Origin: Eledone cirrhosa
Lineage: Eukaryota
Direction: 5' to 3'
Assembly: GCA_964016885.1 (NCBI GenBank)
Contig: OZ024741.1
Location: 370,016,001-370,080,000 of the forward strand
Length of the DNA stretch: 64,000 bases
Positions within the stretch are counted from its first letter, which is position 1, and every line of letters begins with the position of its first letter. The position numbers were made by a program, and so were the translations under genes. The notes under the pieces were generated by a model. The model saw only the letters and a program-made list of their open reading frames with translations. It ran no database searches and was not told where the DNA came from. Positions 1 through 13,346 of the stretch are shown here, piece after piece.

Positions 1-477
1 TAAAATAAAATATATAATCAGATATAAACTCATAAGGTGTTAATAGTGAAAATATAAAATTTAAGAAGATAGAAATGGTATGGTACCCAAAAGATTATGA
101 AAGCTATAATGAAAAGATGTCAAAAGCCAATGATAAAAATGATGATAATGATGGTGGTAAACATAATAAAGCTTAACTAAAAGGTAAGGTAATGTAGCAG
201 CTAATGGATACAATTTACACTTCTAGAACTTTTAGGTTTATAATAAAAGTAAGAATTTGAAATGGCGTGGGGGCAAGAAGAGAATATCTCTGACTTTCTA
301 TTAAGTAAGGTTTCCCTAAAGAAAATACTCTAAATAAATATATATATATATATATATATATTTGTGTATAGTGGTAGCTATGGTGCTTCCGTAGTCGTGG
401 AGTAAAAACAGCCAATGGCATGACAAGAGTGGATAGAGTGTTTTTTGAGAGATAAAATTTGCTCCGTACATAACACC

Positions 478-568
478 CGTGTCTGAAACAACCCGCAGAA
501 GTAGAATCAGCCAGATCCATACAAGGACCATGACCCGAGCTACCTGCCGGCGAAACATTTGTAACACG
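478..568 (+). ncRNA. Degenerate type I hammerhead-like motif (PLE pLTR remnant)
   Basis: cgtgt-CTGAAAC-[long stem II]-CGAAA-CATTTG-TA-acacg. Stem I cgtgt/acacg is perfect but the first core box is non-canonical. Followed by AATAAA and (TA)n. Confidence 0.45.
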
Positions 569-610
569 AAATAAACTAAGTCCAGATGCATCACTGATTT
601 TTCGTTTTCT

Positions 611-648
<38 letters not shown>

Positions 649-1521
649 CTCTGAAATAGCGGTGTATACATGAATGTATGTATAGTATATTTGGCAATAT
701 ACCGTATGTTTTAGAAGACCATACGCTATCAGTTTTAAAGTAGTGACTATGTCACCTACGTCATCTATAAGAATCCACGTGTAAACGAGAATATTTGCTA
801 CGGCGTGTCAATCCCCGCCGCACAAACATACATATGTACATACCTACATACATATACATATTTTGTGTTTATACATGAAATAACTTACACGAAGTATAGT
901 CTAAATGACAACCAACTGCGGACTATAGAAAATACTCCAAATTTTAAAAGAGAATGGGGAGGGAAAGAGTGAGAGAATGAGAGATGATAAAAGGAAGGAG
1001 AAAAAACAAAATGGTGGAAAGAGAGTGTGTGTCTGGCAATATTGATTGTCTTTTTTAAACAATGTGATTAATATTGTTCGCCCGTTTTGAAGCTGCAGCA
1101 AGAGGAAAATTGACGTGAGCATAAGTATCTTTTACTTTAAATTTATTTTTCTCACGTCTCCCCTTGTTTTGAATATATGTATCTAAATCTATTAAAGACG
1201 TCTATCATTTTTTTTTCAATTTACAGGGAAATTTGTATAGTTTGGCATGCCTCCAAATCAGATTTGTGTATATATTTATACACGTTGATGCAGTTTCGGT
1301 TACACACTTTGTATTTATACAGATATAACTTCACTATGTCAACCTATGGACTGGAGTTGATCTTTGCTCTTTAAACTCTGCTGTTGGTGATCGAACTCTG
1401 ATCACCATATCACCAAAATATCTCATGCTGATGCTCCGTCTGCAACTGGCAGAGTTTAGTGTCAAAGTAGTAGTAGTAGTAACTTCATTATATATTTCGG
1501 TTGCTAGTGCACTTCTCACTA

Positions 1522-1792
<271 letters not shown>

Positions 1793-2411
1793 CAAAAAGA
1801 AAGTTATGAAACGAAAGGAGGTGTGTGGTTACTAAAAACAAGGCTTAGGACGGGGGTTAGGACGGAATAGGAGGAGAAAGGAAGAAAGGAGTTTCCATCG
1901 TCAGCTGTAAATGTTTCCCGAACCGATGTTTCGGCGCTGAATTACAGGACATCGGTGTAGTTCGGGTGCGCCTGAGGCCTTTTATTAATCAAAAGGCTAG
2001 GTGGAAAAGGAGAGAGAAAGGGAGAAAAAAAGGGGGAGAAAAAAGGAGAGAGAAAAAGAAAGAGAGGGAAAGGAGGAAGAACAGGGGTGAAAAAGATGAG
2101 GAGAGGGGAAGAAGGGGAAAAATAGGAAAGGAATAGGAGAAAAAAAGTGTACAGGTCCCATCGTGGGAAGACACAGGTGAAATAAACATGCAAAAAAGTA
2201 ACCGTGGAAAAATAGGGAAATTAAGTTGTGACTAGCCTGGTAGACTTTAGCCTGGTGGTCAGCTACGACTCAGAGCTGGTATAACCGTCCTGCCTCTCAC
2301 ATAGACAGGAGAAAGTGAGAGAGAGACACGGGCAAACAAAAGTGAGGAGGATATATATATATGTGTGTATATATATGTATATATATATATATACATACAT
2401 ATATATATATA

Positions 2412-2481
2412 TATAATGAAATAAATATGGTATAATGAAATAAATATGGTTTTATAAATATAGTTTCCATTTGTTAATATC

Positions 2482-2529
<48 letters not shown>

Positions 2530-2583
2530 GATATTAACAAATGGAAACTATATTTATAAAACCATATTTATTTCATTATACCG
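2412..2583. repeat. Inverted repeat (~55 bp arms) around (TA)n; arms match the 3' terminus of the Naiad-like PLE
   Basis: 2429-2482 is the reverse complement of 2529-2582. The arm matches 10614-10665 (aaatggaaactatatttataaaaccatatttatttc). Confidence 0.85.
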
Positions 2584-2649
2584 ACCGTATAACAGAAAAC
2601 AAAAAAAAACGTGGAAGCGAAGAGACAGTACAAATGTTATTAGTTTCAC

Positions 2650-3023
2650 TGGATTGGCAGTATCGGTAGAGGGTCGGACGCCATGCTTTCCAGCATAGTT
2701 ACGTCCCTTTACGATCTGAGTTCAAATGCCGCCGAGATTGACTTTGCCTTTCATCCTTACGGGGTCGATAAAATAAAGTACCAGTAATGCACTGTGTAAT
2801 TGCTGGCCTTGTGCCTAAAGTAGAAACAATTATTAGTTTCACGGCAGTATCGGTAGAGGGTCGGACGCCATGCTTTCCAGCATAGTTACGTCCCTTTGCG
2901 GTCTGAGTTCAAATCCCGCCGAGGTTAACTTTGCCTTTCATCCTTACGGGGTCGATAAAATAAAGTACCAGTAATGTACTGGGTTATTGATGGCCTCGTG
3001 CCAAAAGTAGAAACAATTATTAG
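2650..3023 (+). mobile_element. Two tandem MetaSINE-like SINEs with target-site duplication ttattagtttcac
   Basis: Each has ggcagtatcggtagag...gagttcaaat(c/g)ccgccgag...tttgcctttcatccttacggggtcgataaaataaagtacc and an (ATT) tail. The TSD occurs at 2637, 2830 and 3017 (one mismatch). Confidence 0.85.
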
Positions 3024-3051
3024 TTTAACGCTTGAGAATGGGGAGTGGGGG

Positions 3052-3081
3052 CGACGTTTCGGGCATAAGCCTTCATCAGGA
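3052..3081 (-). ncRNA. Minimal type I hammerhead motif
   Basis: Minus strand CTGATGA-AGGC-TTAT-GCCC-GAAA-CG-TC; stem I is weak. Confidence 0.7.
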
Positions 3082-3696
3082 GAAAAGTGGGCAGGAAGAG
3101 AGTTCCGAGGTGTGTGGGAGAGTGGTGAAAAGACATTTAAAAAATTAGTTTAAAAAAAGGGGGTGGGGAGAAACGTGAGGAGAAGGAAGTGTTTGGAGAG
3201 TAAAAAAATTAAAATTAAAAGAAACAAGTGGTGAAAGGGTGTGAGCCGTGTAGGGGTGGTGGTTGGTGGAGGGGGGATGGCGAGGGGAGAGGGAGACGGG
3301 GGTCCGAGCGGGGAGGGCTGAAGGTGGTGGTGTGTGTATTGTGTGTAGGTGTACGTGTGTGTGTGTGTGTGTGTGTGGATGTGGATGTGAGAGTTGGGGG
3401 AAAAAACGAGGTTTCATGTTCGGATATATACATGAATATATATAACAAACGGATCTAGCTGTCGAAATGGCCAGAGCTCAGCCGTCGGGGTCCTGACTGT
3501 TTTCCTATATATATATACCCCTCTCTATAAATGTCCATCTGTTTTAACATATTTTTCAATCTCCATTGTCTTCCTCCCAACCCCATAACTCTCACCTCAC
3601 CCTACACTCCCACCTCTCCCCATAACTATTCCACTTCTTACTTTAATTGCTTGTCATTCTTAATATATCAATTACTCCCCCTCCTTCGGCTGATGC

Positions 3697-4585
<889 letters not shown>

Positions 4586-4716
4586 TCCCTTCGTTGATGT
4601 CCCCCCACTTTATATTGTTGTACGCCCCTGTAATGTTCTCAGTCTTCGAATCTCGTGCCCTCAAAAAATAAATCATCAACATCATCAACATCATACTATT
4701 ATTTTTATTATTCAAT

Positions 4717-5430
4717 TGATTGGCAGAATCGGTAGAGCGTCTAACAACAGGCTTTGCAGCATAGAGTCATGGCCCTTTACGTTCTGAGTTCAAATCCCGC
4801 CTAGTTTAGTTTTCCTTTCATCCTTACGGGGTCGATAAAATAAAGTACCAGTAACGAACTGGGGTCGATTTAATCCGCTCCCCACCAAAAATTACTGGTC
4901 TTGTACCCAAAGTAGCTACAATTATTATTGGGGGGAAATTGGCAGTATCAGTAGAGTGTCAGACACCATGTTTTGCAGCATAGAGTTATGGCCTTTGCGT
5001 TCTGAGTTCAAATCCCCCGAGGTTAACTTTGTCTTTCATCCTTACGGGGTGGTATAAAATAAAGTACCAGTTATGCACTGGAGTAATTGCTGGCCTTGTG
5101 CCAAAAGTAGAAACAATTATTATTATTTCCATTGTTATTTCTATTGCGCATCATTACTGCTTTACCGAGCTCAGCTCTGTACACCTTGGGTATGAGCAGT
5201 GTAACTTTTGATGATGTTGTTTGTATTTATTATTTGCTATTGTTTGGGCGGTGGATTGGCAGTATCGGTAGAGGGTCGGACGCCAGCATAGTTACGTCCC
5301 TTTACGATCTGAGTTCAAATCCCGCCGAGGTTGACTTTGCCTTTCATCCTTACGGGGTCGATAAAATAAAGTACCAGTAATGCACTGGGTAATTGCTGGC
5401 CTTGTGCCTAAAGTAGAAACAATTATTTGC
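4717..5430 (+). mobile_element. Three MetaSINE-like SINE copies
   Basis: Same consensus as 2650-3023, at ~4717, ~4935 and ~5245. Confidence 0.85.
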
Positions 5431-7149
5431 TATTGTTTACATCAGACGGCTTAAAGCCACGGTTCAAAGAAGATCCTTGTTTTCCTTCTTAACAACACTC
5501 TCATTGTTACAATTTTTGTTATATATTTTTGTGTATAAAGTGTCCAACTTTACATTGTGAAAACGGCGTTCCTGAATTACCAGACCTTAAGAGAAGAATT
5601 TGTATTTTAAAAGCAAATACATCTTTTTTAAACAAGAAAATGGAGGAAAGACCCTTCCCACGGAATTCGTAAAACGGAACAGACACATGCTCACTAAACG
5701 CAACAGTCAAAAGACAACATGTGTTCATGCTATCGCCAACATCTCAAACGATAGCGAAAAGCAATCACCACCACTACCTTAACAAAAACTACCACCACTA
5801 CCACTACCACTATCACTACTACCACAACCATCACTATCATCATCATTACGCTCGTCATCCTCATCACCACCACCAATACTATTGCTTCAACTTTGGAAAG
5901 GGCTTTATCATTCAATCAATAATAGAGAGCAGTGGCAACAATAGGCGTTACAGCCAAGCAACTGCGAATGCCATGTCCTTTGCAAGTTCCATAGGGAACT
6001 AGAGGAGATGAATTTTAAAAAGGGGACTCATAGGACGCAAGATGTCTAATTAAAAATGATTGAATGCACACAGAGATGTACCTTAACGTACCACTGTATC
6101 GGGGTAAAATCCCGTCGCGTGGAGCAAGCGAATGAAGGCCGAATTCGAAAATGTCCCGTGGGCCTGTGAGAACATGAAATTCACACCTCCAGAAGATGGA
6201 GGTGTGGAATTGTGGAAGGGAGGTTTGCCCCAGAGACAGAGGCAAGATCCCTCTCCTTGAAACATCTGGGAATTCTGGATTTAATCCCAGTTCTTTCCTA
6301 TAGTGACCAGAGACAAGCAGAAAAGACACAGAGGTGCCGCCAGAGATAACCATTCCGTTACTAAAAGCAGCTGTTCTCGCTGACACAAATGAAGATACAA
6401 AGATTTTGAAAGTTTACAAACTAATGAGAGTTAACTGGTCGAGGAGGGATATGGAACACATCATTCAAACCAGCACTTTCTATACTTACGTTTAAAGAAC
6501 CTTCCCCACCGATCCAAGCTATTGTCGATATTGTCATCTTTTAAAGAAGTTCTGTACCGATCTCCATTTCAAATGTCACACACTCATATCTTAGTTGTGA
6601 CCGTTCCCCAAGAAACTCCGCTACATTTCCACAATATAATCGACTTTCAAGTGTGTTGCATAAGCATGGCTTTGCTTTTCTCACGCTGCAGCATATGCTG
6701 GAAGGAATCTAAGTTCTTGGCAAGGCTAAAAAGTCATATTCGTACCACACATGTATGAGAAAATGGTCAAGGGATGGTAAGTCTAGAAACCGAGATGCAG
6801 CAATTATGTACCGATAACACAACGTTTCACTCAAAAGACCTGCGGCGATGGGCAGAGCTGTGTACAGGCCTAGCAAACAGGAAGTACGTTGTAGCAAACC
6901 CATACGTATGTGACTTGGGATATTGATTGTTTTGTCTCCAAACGTTCAATGGTGCGACTCAGCAGCACCCCAAGGATAGCACTGCTCACCTACTAACCAG
7001 GAGGGACCTACAAAAGGTGGTCTAAACAAAGTTTGCCTATATCTAAGCTGGCCAACAACCCATTGTTCGCAGTTGTTCACTTATGTGGGAAAAAAATACT
7101 TGTAATGAAAATGTAATGACTAATAAGACAAACAATGGACAGAATAAAT

Positions 7150-7635
7150 CTTCAATAGAATCTTTGAAAATTGCACCCTGGAACGTGCGCTCCCGATTGG
7201 ATTTAACAGGCTCAAATCATCCTGAAAGTCGAAATGTTCTTATCGGTAAAGAATGCTATTGATATCAACTGGATATTGTCATTCTCCCTGAAAGACCGCT
7301 ACTTGAGGGAGGACAGTTAGAGGAACCAGACTTTCTGCGTCGCTAGTATTTATTCTAAAGTACTCAAATCTAGTTTTTAAGGGATTAGTCAATCGAAACC
7401 TATAGGAAGCTCTTCAGACAAGTGACCGAGGTAATACGTGCGTCAGTTTTGCTCTAACAACCTCCTTGGAGCAACATCTGATGGAGCTTCTAAACAGTAT
7501 CTCTAATTGGATTATGACACTTAGGTTGCTGCTCCACTTTAACCGTTTTATGACTTTGGTCAGTGTGTACGCTCTAACTCTTGTCAGTCCCCGAGAAGAA
7601 ATAGATAAATTTTAAGCAGATCTGTGTGATATGAC
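7150..7635 (+). pseudogene. Degraded RTE-clade LINE APE endonuclease fragment
   Basis: With frameshifts and stops it reads LKIAPWNVRS...QLDIVIL...GGQLEE and LVSVYALTLVSPREEIDKF*ADL, matching APE motifs WNVRT and SVYAPT. Confidence 0.7.
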
Positions 7636-7759
7636 TTATAAGTCACTTCCTTGTTTGATGAGCTATCTAAGACGGTATCAACGACAGCAGCATCATTAAC
7701 ACATTTTTGCCAATGTCTTGGACACGAGTTGGTTTCCACATTGTAAGTATGTAGGGAGG

Positions 7760-8180
7760 AAAGGCTGTTTGTTTTCATCGAATACAGAGGCACTGTACAT
7801 CCCAATGACGCACTAGAAAGACAAAGGGTACTATTAGGAAGTCTTCCGATGACCTCGTGATGCAGTTCGGTGCATAAGACCGGATCCATGTGGCTCCAGA
7901 AACAATCAGCTGCATTACGACAATGTCACAGCTCATTCGCTGCGGCTGCTCCAAGTATTTTTTAGCAAAGAAAGGTATTTCGCTCATTTACCACGATCCC
8001 TAATTTCCAGGCATTACTCCTTCTGACTGGAATGCACTCGTTTTGAGAGCCGAGATGACATCATATGAACTGTGACAACGGAGCTGAGAGCCATTCCGCA
8101 AGAATTTCAGACGTGCTTCAAAAGGTGGATGGATCGGTGGGCTAAATGTGTGGGGGTAGCCTGCTTTGAAGGAAATTGGA
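7760..8180 (+). pseudogene. Degraded mariner transposase C-terminal fragment
   Basis: QLHYDNVTAH (cf. LHHDNAPAH), YHDP*FPGITPSDW (cf. HPPYSPDLAPSDF) and FQTCFKRWMDRWAKCV..CFEG. Confidence 0.7.
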
Positions 8181-8467
8181 AATGGAATGCAACGAGGAAT
8201 GGAATTTGACACACACATAAACACACACACACACACATATATGTATGTGTGTGTGTACATATATAGTATAATTAAAATTTCATACACATACCATGTATGC
8301 GCGACCTTAGGTTTCGAGGTCAAGTTATGGCCATCACTGAAGAGTGGATGAGCTGCTTCAATACTGGTCTCTCATCAGGCGCCAAGACATGTATGAAATC
8401 TATAATAAATAAGCTCTCTTGCAATAGATTGGGCATTGTTTTCCTTGGCCTTTTATCTACGGATATC

Positions 8468-8574
<107 letters not shown>

Positions 8575-8641
8575 TACACACACACACACACACACACTCA
8601 CACACACACACAAACACACAAATATATATATATATATATCG

Positions 8642-8862
8642 TGAAGGCGTGTGGCTGAATGGTTAGAGAACTGGAGGATTCGCAATCGCGAGGTTGTGAG
8701 TTCGATTCCCGGACCGGGCGATACATTATGACCTTGAGCAAGACACTTTATTTCACGTTGCTCCTTCTACCTGGAGTTGCGACCGATAGATAGTATTAGT
8801 AATTGGAAACACCAACGGAAACAATGTTTCCTCGGTCCGATTTGACGAAAGTCGATCGACAA
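8642..8862 (+). mobile_element. tRNA-derived SINE (Pol III A/B boxes)
   Basis: A box TGGCTGAATGG and B box GTTCGATTCC. Homologous copies at 27787-28008 and 46628-46898 on the minus strand. Confidence 0.8.
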
Positions 8863-8883
8863 ATATATATATATATATAAATA

Positions 8884-9078
8884 ATATATAAGATCAAAAG
8901 ATGGTTAAAAGAGTTCCATGTATTTTATTATGCGCATTTCAAAAACATATATCATCATGCAATGTCTCCCTATTTTATCTGACGAAAACACAAATGTTAA
9001 TGCATGATAATATTTGTTTTTGACATGCGCATAATAAAATACATGGAACTCTTTTAACCATCTTTTGATCTTATATAT
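8884..9078. mobile_element. Fold-back mini-element containing a type I hammerhead (8971-9041, +)
   Basis: Arms 8884-8960 and 9001-9078 are inverted. The motif reads tattttat-CTGACGA-stem II-GACA-TGCGCA-TA-ataaaata; the inverted arm keeps GAAA where this copy has GACA. Confidence 0.8.
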
Positions 9079-9164
9079 TATTTATACTCCAGTCCTACAA
9101 ACTGTAGAGTACTACTTATCCGATATTTGCATTGCTTTATTGTACTACAATAAAACTCAGCTCC

Positions 9165-9199
<35 letters not shown>

Positions 9200-9205
<6 letters not shown>

Positions 9206-10568
9206 GACGTAAATAAGAAAGTTATGAAAATTGACTTACTAAAATTTCACGCCAACTAATTAGTTTCTGTAAGGGGATAAATATAGTTACGTAATATAAC
9301 TATAGAGAAGCCTTACGTCATTAGGGAGTCTATTCTCAGCTAAGCTTCAGGCAATGCGGGGACACTGGGAACTTATATAAAAATAATTCAGTGGATGGAA
9401 AAAAGCGAGCGGGGCTAGATTCCAAGACATTGAAACATTCACTGTCTACTTGGTCATGTGGCAAATTCAAAAGAATCAATCACGTGACACTGAGGTTAAT
9501 CAGCTAGGAGTGGGGGTGCTATTAAGACAGAGCCTAGCCACTACTATCAGTCACAGTAGTAATTTCGGCAAATTTTGCTCAACAAATAATTCGGAGATAA
9601 TTATAAAGAATTAATATATCTACCGACATATGTATACAGATGCATACCTATGCTAGCAAATATATATGTTTTGTCTTAGTAACTTTGTGGTTCTATGCAG
9701 GGGGATGCAGAACAATTATATGAAAGACGTAAATAAGAAAGTTATGAAAATTGACTTACTTACTAGAATTTCACTCCAACTAATTAGTTTCTGTAAGGGG
9801 ATAAATATAGTTACGTAATATAACTATAGAGAAGCCTTACGTCATCAGGGAGTCTATTCTCAGCTAAGCTTCCAGGCAATGCGGGGACACTGGGAACTTA
9901 TATAAAAATAATTCAGTGGATGGAAAAAAGCGAGCGGAGCTAGATTCCAAGACATTGAAAAATTCACTGCCTACTTGGTCAAGTGGCAAATTCAAAAGAA
10001 TCAATCACGTGACACTGAGGTTAATCAGCTAGGAGTGGGGGTGCTATTAAGACAGAGCCTAGCCACTACTATCAGTCACAGTAGTAATTTCGGCAAATTT
10101 TGCTCAACAAATAATTTGGAGATAATTATAAAGAATTAATATATCTACCGATAATAGCACCCCCACTCCTAGCTGATTCTTTTGAATTTGCCACCTGACC
10201 GAGTAGGCAGTGAATTTTTCAATGTCTTGGAATCTAGCCCCGCTCGCTTTTTTCCATCCACTGAATTATTTTTATATAAGTTCCCAGTGTCCCCGCATTG
10301 CCTGGAAGCTTAGCTGAGAATAGACACCCCGATGACGTAAGGCTTCTCTATAGTTATATTACGTAACTATATTTATCCCCTTACAGAAACTAATTAGTTG
10401 GAGTGAAATTTTAGTAAGTAAGTCAATTTTCATAACTTTCTTATTTACGTCTTTCATATAATTGTTCTGCATCCCCCTGCATAGAACCACAAAGTTACTA
10501 AGACAAAACATATATATTTGGTAGCATAGGCATGCATCTGTATACATATGTCGGTAGATATATTAATT

Positions 10569-10575
<7 letters not shown>
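9200..10575 (-). mobile_element. Retrozyme-like/tandem pLTR element: ~1.8 tandem units of ~520 bp plus an inverted arm, three HHR copies
   Basis: 9200-9630 matches 9720-10152; 10152-10572 is inverted. HHRs at 9249-9329(-), 9773-9853(-) and 10324-10404(+). (TA)n on both sides. Confidence 0.85.
9773..9853 (-). ncRNA. Type I hammerhead motif, intact core
   Basis: actcc-CTGATGA-CGTAAGG...CCTTACA-GAAA-CTAATTAG (palindrome)-TT-ggagt. Confidence 0.8.
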
Positions 10576-10617
<42 letters not shown>

Positions 10618-10654
10618 ATTAAATAAATGGAAACTATATTTATAAAACCATATT

Positions 10655-10720
10655 TATTTCGTTATATATATTTCAGGGATATCATATTAACAATATGTTA
10701 TGCCATCTTCAGACAAAATA
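10655..10720 (-). ncRNA. Type I hammerhead at the 3' end of the Naiad-like PLE
   Basis: tattttgt-CTGAAGA-stem II-GAAA-TATATA-TA-acgaaata; 8-bp stem I including one G-U pair. Confidence 0.8.
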
Positions 10721-11983
10721 CAATATAAACAGTCTTATAAATAAATAGATACGACATACCTTTCAATCACCTTGCATTTGGGAGGTTGATTTGGCAGTAA
10801 AAAATATTGTGGACAGTTGTAAAAAGAAAGAGATAAAGAGAGAAAGAAAGAGAAACGAAGAAAAAGAAGAAATGCATGTGACTAAATAGAGGGATATAGA
10901 AAGATAGAGAAGAACTTCATGTAAAGAAACAGAGAGAAATATATATAGAGAGAGGAAAAAAAGAAAGAGATAGATAGAGATAGATAGAGAAATTAGGAAG
11001 TTGAGTATCGGTTGATACATTTATTTATTTATTTATTTATTTAGCTCTAGTATTAATGTAAAGAGAGATGTATGTAGTTAAGAGAGAAAATAGCCGTTAT
11101 ATAGAGAGAAAAAAGAGAAAATGAAAAAGAGAAAATGAAACATAACCAGACATAAACGATGCAGAATTTAAAACCGCTATGTTTTATCCGTAGAAAATAT
11201 TAGTTCGTATAAAACAGGCATTATAATGTAAGTACCAGTATTCATGAATGAGACATGTATCTATAATGTGTGAAAAGTAATGATCTTATGTCTAGTTTTT
11301 AAAAATTCATATGTTTATATCATAATTATAAACAAACTCCCAATTCACACGAAAACATTCTCATTGTGCTATAAAAATTCAAGTATACATATATGTGTGT
11401 ATATATACACATATATATAGAGTCTATATTAATTTTAACAATACTATTCTTGTCTTTATTCTACATGATTGTCGATCAAGCAGAAATAGAGAACAGATTT
11501 CAATATATTAATAAAAATAAAAATAAAAATATCAGAGACAAGAAAATAAATAAATAAGCAGAAAACTAAAACATTTAATATTAAAAATAAAAAATATTAC
11601 AAAATATTAAAAAATATTAAAAAATAATACAAATAAAACACAGAGATCAGCCTTTCAAAGTTAATTGACAATATATTGCCAAGATCATCATAAGCATCAG
11701 AGTCGAAACAGATAAAACAAAAATTGTTTACCAAATCCTGTCTAGCAGAAATCATTCCAAAAGTTTAGGATACCCATTTGGTCTACATATATTCTTATAT
11801 ATAATATAGAAGTTTATCTAGTTTAAAATTTCATTCGATATATTTGGAGCATCAGCTTTTAGGGTAGTTTAATTATTCATGAAGAATGTTTTAATAAAAA
11901 GAATGTTTTAATAAAAAGAAGAAATCGAAAGATTTATCGGCTAGTTTCATAAATAATTACAAATCAAATCAAAACAAACATAA

Positions 11984-13204
11984 CTACATTTTAAATTTAA
12001 ATTTATATTTAAACGTTGAGTTCAATCTATGTCTGCAGCAACTGAATAAATTTGTCCGTAGATTAAGGGAATTTTTAGATTTTAGTATAAAGAATATCTC
12101 CTCCGCACAGAGGTCACATGTCTCAGAGGATGAATTAAAAGGAATCCCCCTTGAAACTATATTCCAAGTCGTCGAATATCTAACGTTATCATGCCTAAGT
12201 TGCCAGAGTACGCCTGATAGTGCTGTTGAAGATTTTTTGGATGGATCTGTGAAAGAATTCTTGTGGTTGTTATAGCGAAGTTTAAATTCCGTCGATGTAG
12301 AACCAACGTAGTTAAAAGAATTAACGTCCGTTTTAACATTACAGTTGTATATTATATTTTTAACTAAGCAGTTGTTATTTAATGGACATTTAGATCTATC
12401 TCTACAGTTACATTTGTTAACTTGGATATTATTTATGCTATTATCGCTAGGTTTTAAGTTCCTGTTATTTATTCTATTAATATTTTGCGCTAAATTTTTG
12501 GTGGATGAGTAGGTTACTTTTATAGTATGTCTATTGAAAATTGAGTGATACCTATGTGTTCTAGGGAAGCGATTATCGAGAGCTTTAAAAAATAGTTTAG
12601 CAATGTGGGTTTTAATGTTTAGTGAGAAAGGGGGGGCAAACCATATTATGTTCCTAGTTCTATTTCTTTTATGGCTTTTGGAATTATTGTAATGCTTTCT
12701 ATTATAGTTGTTAAGGTTGTGGCCATAATTAAAATAGTTGTTATTTTGTTTAATTTGTTTATCACTATCTATGTACATAATTTTATCACTATATCCTGCT
12801 CTAGCTAACGCTTCATTGTAATAATGGGCTTTTTCGTCGAAAATCTTTTTATTAGATGAGATTCTAGAGATACGTGATTGAACAGAGTTTACTATAGTAT
12901 TTTTAACAGATTTGGGGTGGTTAGAGTTAAAGCTGACATAGTTTAAGTTTTCATTCAACTTGTGAAATGGATAGTGAAGACATGTGTTGAGATTTAATGT
13001 TATATCTAGGAAGTTGACTATTCTATGGTTATTCTCAATTTCTATTTTTAGATTAAAGTGATTAAAAAATTGTGTAATTTGTTTTCTTTTTCTATTTAGT
13101 TCAGAGTTATTATTATCAATAAGTAAAAGCATGTCATCTCTATATAAACCTCCGGTAGTACCAGGTATTTTCCTATGCAGCGAATTGATTAAAAATAAGC
13201 CCAC
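11984..13204 (-). CDS. PLE reverse transcriptase C-terminal half + GIY-YIG endonuclease (Naiad-like), 5'-truncated
   Basis: GLYRDD, FLDITL, SNHP, IIWFAPPFS, CNC..CPL...C, IIY...YVGST..FKLRYNNH, CDLC.EE, LN.R, CRH. Confidence 0.9.
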   Translation of the reverse strand: MGLFLINSLHRKIPGTTGGLYRDDMLLLIDNNNSELNRKRKQITQFFNHFNLKIEIENNHRIVNFLDITLNLNTCLHYPFHKLNENLNYVSFNSNHPKSVKNTIVNSVQSRISRISSNKKIFDEKAHYYNEALARAGYSDKIMYIDSDKQIKQNNNYFNYGHNLNNYNRKHYNNSKSHKRNRTRNIIWFAPPFSLNIKTHIAKLFFKALDNRFPRTHRYHSIFNRHTIKVTYSSTKNLAQNINRINNRNLKPSDNSINNIQVNKCNCRDRSKCPLNNNCLVKNIIYNCNVKTDVNSFNYVGSTSTEFKLRYNNHKNSFTDPSKKSSTALSGVLWQLRHDNVRYSTTWNIVSRGIPFNSSSETCDLCAEEIFFILKSKNSLNLRTNLFSCCRHRLNSTFKYKFKFKM

Positions 13205-13285
13205 AAGGTCAAATACTTGTTGAGTGCTTTTATATCAGTTATAAATATTTACTCGTTGTTAACCCAACAATTTAAATATAACTTT

Positions 13286-13340
<55 letters not shown>

Positions 13341-13346
<6 letters not shown>

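Larger units (their letters stand above)
2590..3420 (-). mobile_element. Solo pLTR/3' fragment of the Neptune-like PLE family, interrupted by two SINEs
   Basis: 3020-3420 and 2620-2650 resemble 19660-20060, including the HHR. Confidence 0.75.
10613..13235 (-). mobile_element. 5'-truncated Naiad-like Penelope-like element
   Basis: RT + GIY-YIG ORF, ~1.3 kb AT-rich 3' region, terminal HHR; ends in (TA)n. Confidence 0.85.

Noticed and set aside
1915-1995. Hammerhead-like GGCGC...GCGCC-GAAA on the minus strand
   Set aside because: No CUGANGA box or stem I could be assigned.
6010-7050. Possible old LINE remnant or exon
   Set aside because: No convincing protein motif in any frame by eye.
8642-8720. 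tRNA gene
   Set aside because: A/B boxes continue into a repeated SINE body; no clean cloverleaf.
11984-13204. Selenoprotein recoding as reported for some Naiad PLEs
   Set aside because: No in-frame TGA in the visible ORF and no SECIS recognised.
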